DNA from: Xanthobacteraceae bacterium
GTDB lineage: Bacteria > Pseudomonadota > Alphaproteobacteria > Rhizobiales > Xanthobacteraceae
Direction: 5' to 3'
Length of the DNA: 48,542 nt
Assembly: GCA_045811545.1 (NCBI GenBank)
Contig: JBJMTU010000372.1
Span: 1-48,542 of the forward strand
Position numbers and translations under genes: made by a program. Every line of letters starts with the position of its first letter. Positions within the stretch are counted from its first letter, which is position 1. Shown piece after piece: positions 34,797 to 43,316 of this stretch. A model generated the notes under the pieces. The model did no database searches and was not told the DNA's origin. It saw only the letters and a list, made by a program, of their open reading frames with translations.

Positions 34797-36227
34797 CTAC
34801 CTCGTCTGCGAGCTCTGCTCGGTCGCCGGGATAATCGCCATGGGCGGGGGCTTCGATTCAGGCTTTTTTGGTTTTGGCTTTGCGGCCGGTCCGTCGCCGG
34901 CAGCGGGCACGCTATCCTGGGCGGCGGCCTTGGGTGCGGCCACTTTGGGTTTCGGCTTCGCCGCGGTTGTGTCACCGGAGGAAACGGTCGAAGACGCGCC
35001 GTCCTTCTCCGCCGTAGATTTGCGCTTCGGCTTCACCGCGGGGGCGGCCGTCGCCGACGCCGCATCTTTGTCCTTGGCCGCCGCCGGCTTGATCGTGACC
35101 GTCTTCTTCTTTTCCGGATTCGGGTCACTCGCGGCTTGCGACCCCGGTGCCGGCGGCTTGGTGCCGGTATAGACGAGCACCGGCTCGCCCATCTGTTGCA
35201 GCGGAGCGGCGCCCTTTGCCTTGGCCGGACGCAAACTTGCGAGGAAGACCGCGTAGGGAGACTCGGGATTATTCGCGACCAGGTCGTCCTCGTCCTCGGT
35301 TGCCGGCCGCTTGCGATGCGGCCCGCACATTGCATCGCGCAGATTGGGCGGGGCGGCTGCGATCGGCTGTAGCGATTCGACCGTCCCATATGGCGCCATG
35401 AACCAGGACAGTCCGCTGGCACTGTTGAAGCCGCGCTCGAGCAGCTGCGCCGCTTTCATCGCGCGCGCTGCGGAGGAAGGAGCGCCAAGCACCACGGCGA
35501 TGAGCCGCCTGCCGTTGCGCGTCGCGGAGGCGACGAGGTTGAAGCCCGAGGCGCAGATGAAACCGGTCTTCATGCCGTCGGCGCCGGGATAGCGGCCGAT
35601 CAGGGTATTATAGTTCCACCGCACCATCTTTCCCATGCGAATGCCGGGAAGATGCCAGTAGTAATCGTATTCCGGCAGTTCGCGGATGAGCGCACGCGCC
35701 AGAATGGCGAGGTCGCGCGCGGAGGAAACCTGGTCGTCGGCCGGCAGACCGTTCGGATTGACGAAGCTTGATTGGATCATGCCGAGGCGCCGCGCGTTGG
35801 TGTTCATGTCGTCGGCGAAGTTCTCGACCGAGCCGGCGACGCCTTCGGCGAGCACGACCGCCATGTCGTTTGCCGATTTCACCATCAACATCTTCAGCGC
35901 GTTGTCGACAGTGACCACCGTGCCGACGCCAAATCCCATCTTCACCGGCGACTGCGACGCCGCATTCGCAGAAACGACGAGCGGTGTTTCGAGGTCGAGC
36001 CGCCCCTCCTTGACCGCGCGGAGCGTCACATAAGCGGTCATGAGCTTGGTGACGGAGGCGGGATACCAGGGATTGCCCGCGTTCTGGGCATAGAGAACTT
36101 TGCCGCTCTCCGAGTCGATCACGAGCAGCGCTTCGGCGCCTGCCGGGCTCATCGTGAGCCCGGTTGCAGCGCAGCCGACGCCCACCCACATCAGCGTTCG
36201 CGCAACGAAAGATCGGGTCGAAGACAT
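34797..36227 (-). CDS. serine-type D-Ala-D-Ala carboxypeptidase (PBP5/6 class, S11) with long Ala/Lys/Pro-rich C-terminal tail
   Basis: ATG 36227 gives a signal peptide. SVTKLMTAY (SxxK), KSANDMA (SxN) and GMKTGFI (KTG) are present. The last ~115 aa are a low-complexity AKP-rich tail. Confidence 0.87.
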   Translation of the reverse strand: MSSTRSFVARTLMWVGVGCAATGLTMSPAGAEALLVIDSESGKVLYAQNAGNPWYPASVTKLMTAYVTLRAVKEGRLDLETPLVVSANAASQSPVKMGFGVGTVVTVDNALKMLMVKSANDMAVVLAEGVAGSVENFADDMNTNARRLGMIQSSFVNPNGLPADDQVSSARDLAILARALIRELPEYDYYWHLPGIRMGKMVRWNYNTLIGRYPGADGMKTGFICASGFNLVASATRNGRRLIAVVLGAPSSAARAMKAAQLLERGFNSASGLSWFMAPYGTVESLQPIAAAPPNLRDAMCGPHRKRPATEDEDDLVANNPESPYAVFLASLRPAKAKGAAPLQQMGEPVLVYTGTKPPAPGSQAASDPNPEKKKTVTIKPAAAKDKDAASATAAPAVKPKRKSTAEKDGASSTVSSGDTTAAKPKPKVAAPKAAAQDSVPAAGDGPAAKPKPKKPESKPPPMAIIPATEQSSQTR

Positions 36228-36462
36228 CACGGCTCGGGTTCGGTGCTGGGCGGCCCTCGGGAAACGCTCCACAGGGAAAAGGTCTACGCCCACGATGGAT
36301 GAAAGGCAAAAGCCAACGCCGACGATGCTGCGCTGATGCCCCTGACGGCCGTTCATGGTAAGAGAAAACGTCTAAAGTTCGGCAGGTTAGGCCGTTGCGC
36401 GAAAGTTGTCCGCTCCAATGTCCGTAAATGACATATAGGCTCGAAATAGACAGGAGGCCGCC

Positions 36463-37629
36463 GTGACGGCTTGCATCGTTGGCTGGGCGCACACGCCTTT
36501 TGGGCGGCTCGAGGACGAAACCGTCGAGAACCTGATCGTTCGAGTTGCGAGCGAGGCCCTCGCCGACGCCGGGGTCGCCGCCCGCGACGTCGACGAGATC
36601 GTGCTCGGGCATTTCAATGCCGGCTTCTCCGCCCAGGATTTTACCGCCGCATTGGTGCTTCAGGCCTCGCCGGACCTGCGCTTCAAACCTGCCAGCCGGG
36701 TGGAGAACGCCTGTGCGACCGGCTCGGCCGCTGTGCATCAGGGCCTCAAGGCGATCGCCGCCGGCGCCGCGCGCATCGTGCTCGTGGTCGGCGCCGAACA
36801 GATGACGACGACGCCGGCTGCCGAAATCGGGCGCAACCTGCTCAAGGCATCGTATGTGCGTGAGGAAGCCAATATCGATGGCGGCTTCGCCGGTATTTTC
36901 GGCCAGATCGCCGCGCGCTACTTCCAGCGTTGGGGCGATCAATCCGACGCGCTCGCGCGCATTGCCGCCAAGAACCACAAGAATGGCGTCGCCAATCCTT
37001 ATGCCCAGATTCGAAAAGATCTGGGCTACGAGTTCTGCCGCACCGAGAGCGAGAAGAATCCGCGCGTGGCGGGGCCGCTCAAGCGCACGGACTGCTCGCT
37101 CGTCTCCGACGGCGCCGCCGCCGTCGTCTTGGCGGATGTGGCAACCGCGCTGAAGCTCGGCAAGGCGATCGCCTTCCGCGCCGCCGAGCACGTGCAGGAT
37201 TATCTGCCGATGTCGAAGCGCGACGTGCTCAAGCTCGAAGGCTGCACCCAGGCTTGGACTCGCGCCTTGGCGAGCGCGGGTGTCACGCTCGGTAATCTTT
37301 CCTTCGTCGAGACCCACGACTGCTTCACCATCGCCGAACTGATGGAATACGAGGCGATGGGCCTGGTGCCGGAAGGGCAGGGCGCGCGCGCCGTCGCGGA
37401 AGGCCTCACGGAGAAGAACGGGCGGTTGCCGGTCAACCCATCCGGCGGGCTCAAGGCTAAGGGTCATCCGATCGGCGCGACCGGAGTATCGATGCACGCG
37501 CTCACCTCCATGCAGCTCATGGGGACGGCCGGCGATATGCAGGTCAGGAACGCGAGCCTCGGCGGCATCTTCAATATGGGCGGCACCGCGGTCGCGAACT
37601 ACGTGAGCATTCTGGAACGTATCAAGTAG
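36463..37629 (+). CDS. thiolase-family protein (SCP-x/thiolase-domain type)
   Basis: GTG 36463 follows AGGAGG. The nucleophile-Cys context is RVENACATGSAAV. The late THDCFT (His) and GG.FNMGG motifs are present. Confidence 0.87.
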   Translation: MTACIVGWAHTPFGRLEDETVENLIVRVASEALADAGVAARDVDEIVLGHFNAGFSAQDFTAALVLQASPDLRFKPASRVENACATGSAAVHQGLKAIAAGAARIVLVVGAEQMTTTPAAEIGRNLLKASYVREEANIDGGFAGIFGQIAARYFQRWGDQSDALARIAAKNHKNGVANPYAQIRKDLGYEFCRTESEKNPRVAGPLKRTDCSLVSDGAAAVVLADVATALKLGKAIAFRAAEHVQDYLPMSKRDVLKLEGCTQAWTRALASAGVTLGNLSFVETHDCFTIAELMEYEAMGLVPEGQGARAVAEGLTEKNGRLPVNPSGGLKAKGHPIGATGVSMHALTSMQLMGTAGDMQVRNASLGGIFNMGGTAVANYVSILERIK

Positions 37630-38989
37630 TCTTCCGTTCCGCGACTCGCGCGAGCGGAATCGCCGCGAGCAGGATGAGCACCGGCTCCATGGGCAGCCGA
37701 TATTTGGGCGCAGCGATGGGGCCGTTGAGCAACAGGAAATAGGCGAGTACGCCGGCTGCGAAGACCGCCGCCCATGGCGTCGTCCGCGCGAGCATCACAA
37801 AGCCGATCCCTTCGAGCGCGAGGAACGGCAGCATCGCAATGAGCCCGAGGATCAGCAAGAACTGGTAAAGTCCGGGATCATCGAACAGATAATTCCGCGC
37901 CTTCTGCCATAGGCTGCCCCCAGGCGTGTTGTAGAAGCTGGGCTTGGGCAGGGCGCGCACGCGCGGGTCGGAAAGCAGGGCGGGTGCTGCGAGATTGATC
38001 ACCATGCCTTCGACCCAGGCCTTGGCGAAATCCGAGAGCGGCAAACGGGCCATCTCATCGCGCGCCAGACGCGCGGCTATGGCCGAGCGGCGAAACGGGT
38101 TCGATTCTCCGCCGGATGCCTGCCGATAGCGCGTTTCCATCCGCTCGAATGTCGTTTGATAGGGGATCCCGGCGGCCCGCTCGGTCACCAACGGGACGAT
38201 CCAGAAGGCCAAATAGTCTCCGGTCTGCGACGTAATACCGTAGCTGCCGTATTGGATGGCATTGCGCAGGAGTACCGGGGAGATGGGTGCCGCGACGGCG
38301 ATGCCGAACGCGATGGCGGCCGCTATCGCCGGCACAAGGGTGCGGCGCTGCACCAATACGATGGCGAAGACGACCGGCACCGCTGCGGCCAGCAACATCG
38401 CGACTGCGGGGCGCGTGGCAACAGCAAGCCCGCCGGCGAGACTGGCGCAGACGGCGAGCCTGATCGTCGGCCGCCGCAGAAAATACGCGCCGGCGAGCAG
38501 CATCAGCGTGAAGAAGAAAAGAAACAGCGAATCGGTGAGGATTTGGGTGCTGAACACAATGAGTGTGACCGACACGGCGGCAAGAATCCCGGCGATCAAT
38601 CCGACGCACGGGGAGATCAGAGCGCCAAGCGCGGCGATAAGGGCGCAGGTTGCGGCATCGATCACCGCCTGAATGAGCGCGACCGCCCCGGGGGCGTCGC
38701 CGAATACATGCTGAACGCCCGCGAGCAGCAGCGGATAAAGCGGCATGCGGTCGGTCATCGCCGATAGCGTCGGCCAAAAGGTTTCAGACTTCGCCAGGGC
38801 CGCGCCCAGCGTCCAGTAGGCGAATGTGTCCTGCTCCGCGAAGAAGGAGTTGCGACTCGTGAGCAGCGCCAGATTGATCAGCCGGATGAACAGAGCGAGG
38901 ACGAAAACCGTCGCGAGCGGATGATCGGCCGCACGCGTGGCGCCCGATCGGAAAGAGATCACGGTGGACGTGTTTCGAAACGTCATCAT
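37622..38989 (-). CDS. GT-C-fold membrane glycosyltransferase-like protein (ArnT/PMT, GT39/83-like)
   Basis: ORF 37622..39058. The preferred start is ATG 38989 (MMTFRN). There are ~11 hydrophobic segments. An early RLINL.....FFAEQDTFAYW loop resembles the first periplasmic loop of ArnT/PMT-type enzymes. It starts 16 nt downstream of the FkbM gene stop. Confidence 0.6.
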   Translation of the reverse strand: MMTFRNTSTVISFRSGATRAADHPLATVFVLALFIRLINLALLTSRNSFFAEQDTFAYWTLGAALAKSETFWPTLSAMTDRMPLYPLLLAGVQHVFGDAPGAVALIQAVIDAATCALIAALGALISPCVGLIAGILAAVSVTLIVFSTQILTDSLFLFFFTLMLLAGAYFLRRPTIRLAVCASLAGGLAVATRPAVAMLLAAAVPVVFAIVLVQRRTLVPAIAAAIAFGIAVAAPISPVLLRNAIQYGSYGITSQTGDYLAFWIVPLVTERAAGIPYQTTFERMETRYRQASGGESNPFRRSAIAARLARDEMARLPLSDFAKAWVEGMVINLAAPALLSDPRVRALPKPSFYNTPGGSLWQKARNYLFDDPGLYQFLLILGLIAMLPFLALEGIGFVMLARTTPWAAVFAAGVLAYFLLLNGPIAAPKYRLPMEPVLILLAAIPLARVAERKTT

Positions 38990-39005
38990 CCAAGGCCCAA
39001 GCGAG

Positions 39006-39890
39006 CTAGGTGGGCGGTTCCTCGATGTCGGCGCGTGCGATGACGTCGATGGTCGCACCGTCGCCGATCAAGCCTCTCAGCGCCGGCGCCGACAGCGGAA
39101 ATTTTTTGCCCGTATCGCCGGTCTCGAGGCGGTAACCGTGACCCTCAAATATCCCGATGAGTTGCTCGAAGCGCTGCGGAAGTTCGTCCTGCACGTGAGG
39201 TCCGATCTCGATCAGGATCGGCGGCTTCTGCGCAGTCAGCAGTTGTGTCGCGCCGCGCAAGACGTCGAGTTCGTGACCGTCCACATCGAGTTTGAGGAAG
39301 GCGATGGGTCGATTGATGCCGTGCTTGGCTTGAACCTCCTGCAGCAAGGTATCAAGAGTGAGGAAGCGTGCTCCCTTTGCCGTCTCCAGCTCACCGAGGT
39401 GTTTGCGGTGCCGGTCGGGGCCGCCACCACTGAGCGGCCAGCGTGAGTAGAATCGGGCATTTTCTTTTGGACCGGGACCGTCGGTCTGCGCGGTCAAAGC
39501 GGCCTGGACCAGAATAAGCCGGGACTGCAGGTCCGGGTTCAAAGCGGCGTTGGCCTGAAGGCGGCAGAATGCGTAATCGGTCGGCTCGACTGCCACGACG
39601 ACGCCGTCACGGCCGACCGCCCGGGCAAGCGGAAGACTATGCGCGCCGATATTGGCGCCGATATCGAACACGAGCGCGCCGGGCGTAATCCAGCGCGCAG
39701 CGCGTCGCGGGATGCGCTGATAAAGCCCAAGATAGATCGCAAGATCGATGCCCTCGTTGAGTTCCAGTTCCCAATTCACATCGCGCCGCCGAGCGATCAC
39801 GCGAGAAGAGCGGCCTGCGAGCGCGCGCGCACCGACGATGGCGAAATTGAGCACGCGAGCGAGCGCGATTTTTCGTTTGGTCGTCAGCAT
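39006..39890 (-). CDS. FkbM-family SAM-dependent methyltransferase
   Basis: VFDIGANIGAHSLPLAR....GVVVAVEP is the SAM-binding G-x-G region. The C-terminal FLKLDVDGHELDVLRGA is typical of FkbM family members. Confidence 0.8.
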   Translation of the reverse strand: MLTTKRKIALARVLNFAIVGARALAGRSSRVIARRRDVNWELELNEGIDLAIYLGLYQRIPRRAARWITPGALVFDIGANIGAHSLPLARAVGRDGVVVAVEPTDYAFCRLQANAALNPDLQSRLILVQAALTAQTDGPGPKENARFYSRWPLSGGGPDRHRKHLGELETAKGARFLTLDTLLQEVQAKHGINRPIAFLKLDVDGHELDVLRGATQLLTAQKPPILIEIGPHVQDELPQRFEQLIGIFEGHGYRLETGDTGKKFPLSAPALRGLIGDGATIDVIARADIEEPPT

Positions 39891-40015
39891 GCCGATGGCA
39901 ATCGCGCTCGATCACGATCCTGCCGCGGGGGCAGTCCAAATCCGCCCAAGCTGGTTATTCGCCCGCCGGTTCTGCGCCGCAAACGCCCGTTTCCTTACCG
40001 CAGCGAACTCGCTCG

Positions 40016-41818
40016 CTACGCTTCCGCCGGCTGGCTGCCCGCGCGCGCATGCCGCTTTTTCACCGGCTCGCCGGCCATGAATTGGCTGCGGGCAAGCTCG
40101 GCGAAGTGCCCGCCGCGTTGGATCAGTTCATCGAAGGGGCCGCTCTCGACAATCCGGCCGGCCTGGAAGACCAGGATGCGGCTTGCGTTGCGGACGGTGG
40201 CGAGCCGGTGGGCGATCACGAAGGTCGTGCGGCCTTTCATGACCTCCGCGAGAGCAGCTTGGACCCTCGCCTCGGTCAATGCGTCGAGCGCGCTCGTCGC
40301 CTCGTCGAGGATGAGGATGGGCGGGTCCTTGAGCAGGGCCCGCGCAATCGAGAGCCGCTGGCGCTCGCCGCCGGAGAACAAGCGTCCCCGCTCGCCCGCG
40401 TTGGTGTCGAAGCCTTGCGGCAGGCCCTCGATCGCGTCGAGGACCTGCGCGCGCTCGCAGGCTGCACGCAGCTCGTCATCGGTGGCGTCGGGCTTGCCGA
40501 CGCGCAGGTTCTCGGCGATCGAGCGGTTGAACAGCAGCACCTCCTGGAACACGACGCCGATGTTGCGCCGCAGCCCGGTAAGCGTGAGGGCGCGAACGTC
40601 CATGCCATCGATCCTCACCGTGCCCGATTGCGGATCGAAGGCGCGGTGAAGCAAAGCGAGCGCGGTCGATTTGCCCGCGCCCGTCGCGCCGACGAGCGCC
40701 ACCGTTTCGCCGGGCAACGCCGTGAAGCTCAGATCGGCCACCGCGGCCCGCTTGCCGTCGTAGGAAAACGATACGTCCTTGAATTCCACGAGGCCGTGTA
40801 TGCGCCCGGGATCCATGGCATCGGGGCGGTCGCGTACCGCCGACTCGGTATCGAGCACATCGAAAAATTCGGCGAGCCGCGGGGCATCCATGACCATCCG
40901 GTTGGCGAATTGGACCGCCTGCTCGAGCCGGCTGATCAGCAGCGCGGCAAAGCTCATGAACATGACGATCTCGCCGACGGTGGTGAGGTCGCGCAGGTAG
41001 AACCAGACGCCGAGCACGAGAATCGACAGCATCGTCAGCGTGGTCGATGTCCGCGTGATCACCGTCGTCACCGCCCACCAAGACAATACCGGGATCTGTG
41101 CGCTCAGCACCTCTTCGCCCATCTTCCTCATGCCGGAGACTTCCGTCTCGATCCGGGCGAAGCTCTGCACCAGCGCGATATTTCCCAACGTATCGGTGGT
41201 GCGCTCGGCCACGTCGGTATAGTAGCGCTCGACCGTGCTCTGCAGTCGTTCGCTCTTGCGCACGACCAGCGCGATCACGACGGAGAACACCGCGCACAAT
41301 ACGATCAGCATCAAGCCGTAGCGCCAGTTGATGAACAGCGTCAGCGGCAGCAACACGATGATCGATACGAAGCTGGCGAAGTGCTCGCGAAAGAAAGAGA
41401 GCCAAAGCGCCCACAGCGTGTTCGTTCCGGCCATCATCACCTTCACCAGCCGCCCGGAATGCGAGCCCGTGTGGTAGCTCAGCGGCAGCTGCAGCACGTG
41501 TTCGAAGAACATGGTCCGCACCACCTGATACTGGCGGTGCGCCAGGCGATCGGCGTGCAGCGCCACTAGGGTGCTGCAGACGATGATGAAGAGCCCGAAA
41601 CCGACCCACGCGCTGACCAGCAGCATCAAATCACGCCAAGCGACTTGCGAGATCCGTGGCTGGGCATTCGCGAGCGTATCGACGATGCGGCCGAACAGGA
41701 TCGGCTCCACGAACATCGCCGAGGCGAGCGCCAGATTGGAGAGCGCGAGCACCCAGCCCAAACGGGCCTCGCGCCCAAGCAGTCCGAGCACGCGAATGTA
41801 AAGACTGAGCAATTTCAT
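40016..41818 (-). CDS. ndvA: ABC exporter (fused TMD-NBD), cyclic-glucan exporter NdvA/ChvA-like
   Basis: ORF 40016..41893. The preferred start is ATG 41818 ([11 protein letters not shown]), giving 600 aa. [16 protein letters not shown] and [12 protein letters not shown] are collinear with S. meliloti NdvA as recalled. NBD motifs are [24 protein letters not shown] and [12 protein letters not shown]. Confidence 0.72.
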   Translation of the reverse strand: MKLLSLYIRVLGLLGREARLGWVLALSNLALASAMFVEPILFGRIVDTLANAQPRISQVAWRDLMLLVSAWVGFGLFIIVCSTLVALHADRLAHRQYQVVRTMFFEHVLQLPLSYHTGSHSGRLVKVMMAGTNTLWALWLSFFREHFASFVSIIVLLPLTLFINWRYGLMLIVLCAVFSVVIALVVRKSERLQSTVERYYTDVAERTTDTLGNIALVQSFARIETEVSGMRKMGEEVLSAQIPVLSWWAVTTVITRTSTTLTMLSILVLGVWFYLRDLTTVGEIVMFMSFAALLISRLEQAVQFANRMVMDAPRLAEFFDVLDTESAVRDRPDAMDPGRIHGLVEFKDVSFSYDGKRAAVADLSFTALPGETVALVGATGAGKSTALALLHRAFDPQSGTVRIDGMDVRALTLTGLRRNIGVVFQEVLLFNRSIAENLRVGKPDATDDELRAACERAQVLDAIEGLPQGFDTNAGERGRLFSGGERQRLSIARALLKDPPILILDEATSALDALTEARVQAALAEVMKGRTTFVIAHRLATVRNASRILVFQAGRIVESGPFDELIQRGGHFAELARSQFMAGEPVKKRHARAGSQPAEA

Positions 41819-41968
41819 GGGGCCGACACCGGCAAAAGGCGGGGCTGAGGGGGTTAACGTATCGGCGGAATTTATAGCATGTCCGGTTCGCACCGAACCA
41901 CCACCGGGCCGCTATGGCGCCCTGAAGGCGCTTGCTGCAGTTTGCCTGCTCCAGACGGGCTCGCCCCA

Positions 41969-42033
41969 AGCGCGCGGCATGTCGGAGGCAACCGATCGGA
42001 TCGTGCGCGGCCTATGGCACGATGCCGCGCGCT
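41969..42033. repeat. 12-bp perfect inverted repeat just past the SBP gene stop
   Basis: AGCGCGCGGCAT (41969-41980) pairs with ATGCCGCGCGCT (42022-42033), with a 41-nt spacer. The right arm abuts the stop codon of the minus-strand gene. Confidence 0.4.
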
Positions 42034-43067
42034 CAGTGAACTCTGCGCTCTTGGGCGGGCGGCAGGAACGAAGCGTCGAAGATATCCTCCGCCTTGGGTT
42101 TGGCCTTGAAGGTGTAGACCAAGCCGATCTGATCGATGGATTCGGTAAGGCGCGCAGGATCGATGGCGCCGTAGCCGTTGGCTTTCACCTCCGGGGTCAG
42201 GATGTTGTCGCGGATGGCCATGCGCAGGCGTTCCAGCTCGACCTCCCGTTTCACCGTGTCGTCGCGCCGCATGAGCGTGTCGACCGCCTCGGCGGGGCGG
42301 CGCACGATGTCTTTGAGGCCGTGGAGAAAGGCCTGCAAGAACGCCTTGACCGCTTCCGGCTTCTCGGCGGCGAATTTTGGGTTGATGATGATGGCATTGC
42401 CGTAAAGCTTGAGTCCGTAATCCGCCATGGGCATGAGCACGATGTCATCCACGGGCACGCCACGATCCTTGAGATCCACGTAGAGGCGGAACGAGTAGCC
42501 GAGCGCCGCGTCGATCTGACCGGCGGCCAGCATCGGCGCGCGCACCGGGATGCCGATAGTCTCGATCGTCACCTTCGCCGCATCGATGTGGTTGAGCTTG
42601 GCGAAGAGCGGCCACTCGCCGAATGTGATGCCGGCGGGCGGCGTGCCGAGCTTCTTGCCTTCGAGTTCCTTGGGCTCGGTGATGCCGCGGCTCCTGCGCG
42701 CCACGATGGCGAAGGGCGGTTTGTTATAGAGCATGAATACCGCCCTCACCGGTGGTGAGGGATGCTGGTCGCGATATTTGATGAGGGTATTGATATCGGC
42801 CAGGCCCATCTCATAGGCGCCGGAGGCCACGCGGGTAATCGGCTCGAGTGCGGTCGTCGCCTCGTCCACGGTGACATTGAGACCTTGTGTCCTGAAGTAG
42901 CCACGGTCCTGGGGAAGGAAAAAGGTCGCGGCCAATCCCTCCAGGCGCCCGTCGAGCGAGAACTTGATGCTGGTCTGCGCCGCGGCAGGCCATGCCGCCA
43001 TCATTGCGAGCGCTGCCGCGAGCAGACGGGCGGGCCAATCCATCCGCGTGAGGTTGAGGAGGCCCAT
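42033..43067 (-). CDS. ABC transporter substrate-binding protein, NMT1/THI5 (NitT/TauT) type
   Basis: ATG 43067 follows GAGGGAG. The signal peptide is MGLLNLTRMDWPARLLAAALAMMAAWPAAAQ. The mature part reads IKFSLDGRLEGLAATFFLPQDRGYF...G.YEMGLADIN, typical of NMT1-like binding proteins. Confidence 0.8.
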   Translation of the reverse strand: MGLLNLTRMDWPARLLAAALAMMAAWPAAAQTSIKFSLDGRLEGLAATFFLPQDRGYFRTQGLNVTVDEATTALEPITRVASGAYEMGLADINTLIKYRDQHPSPPVRAVFMLYNKPPFAIVARRSRGITEPKELEGKKLGTPPAGITFGEWPLFAKLNHIDAAKVTIETIGIPVRAPMLAAGQIDAALGYSFRLYVDLKDRGVPVDDIVLMPMADYGLKLYGNAIIINPKFAAEKPEAVKAFLQAFLHGLKDIVRRPAEAVDTLMRRDDTVKREVELERLRMAIRDNILTPEVKANGYGAIDPARLTESIDQIGLVYTFKAKPKAEDIFDASFLPPAQERRVH

Positions 43068-43316
43068 GGCTGCTCCCTCTACGTCGGCCCCGCACCGCCT
43101 CGTCGTAAATCGCGGCTGACGGGGCCAGATAAAGAGCATGACGCTACAAAGCGCAAGGCGAGATCGCGTCTCGCGCCCGTCCTTCACAGAATTCCAAACA
43201 CCGCGCGCTGCCACTTTGTGCCCGCATGCGAGTTATTCTTTCGCCTCGACCACGTGAACGGCTGTTAAGATTAACGAGCCTCAGCTCGAGGCGGGCTCCT
43301 CGAATGCGCCCCGGCC

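Noticed and set aside
35608-37497. 629-aa minus-strand ORF
   Set aside because: It runs antisense through the thiolase gene, across the intergenic region and out of frame into the carboxypeptidase gene. It has no motifs and a shadow-ORF composition.
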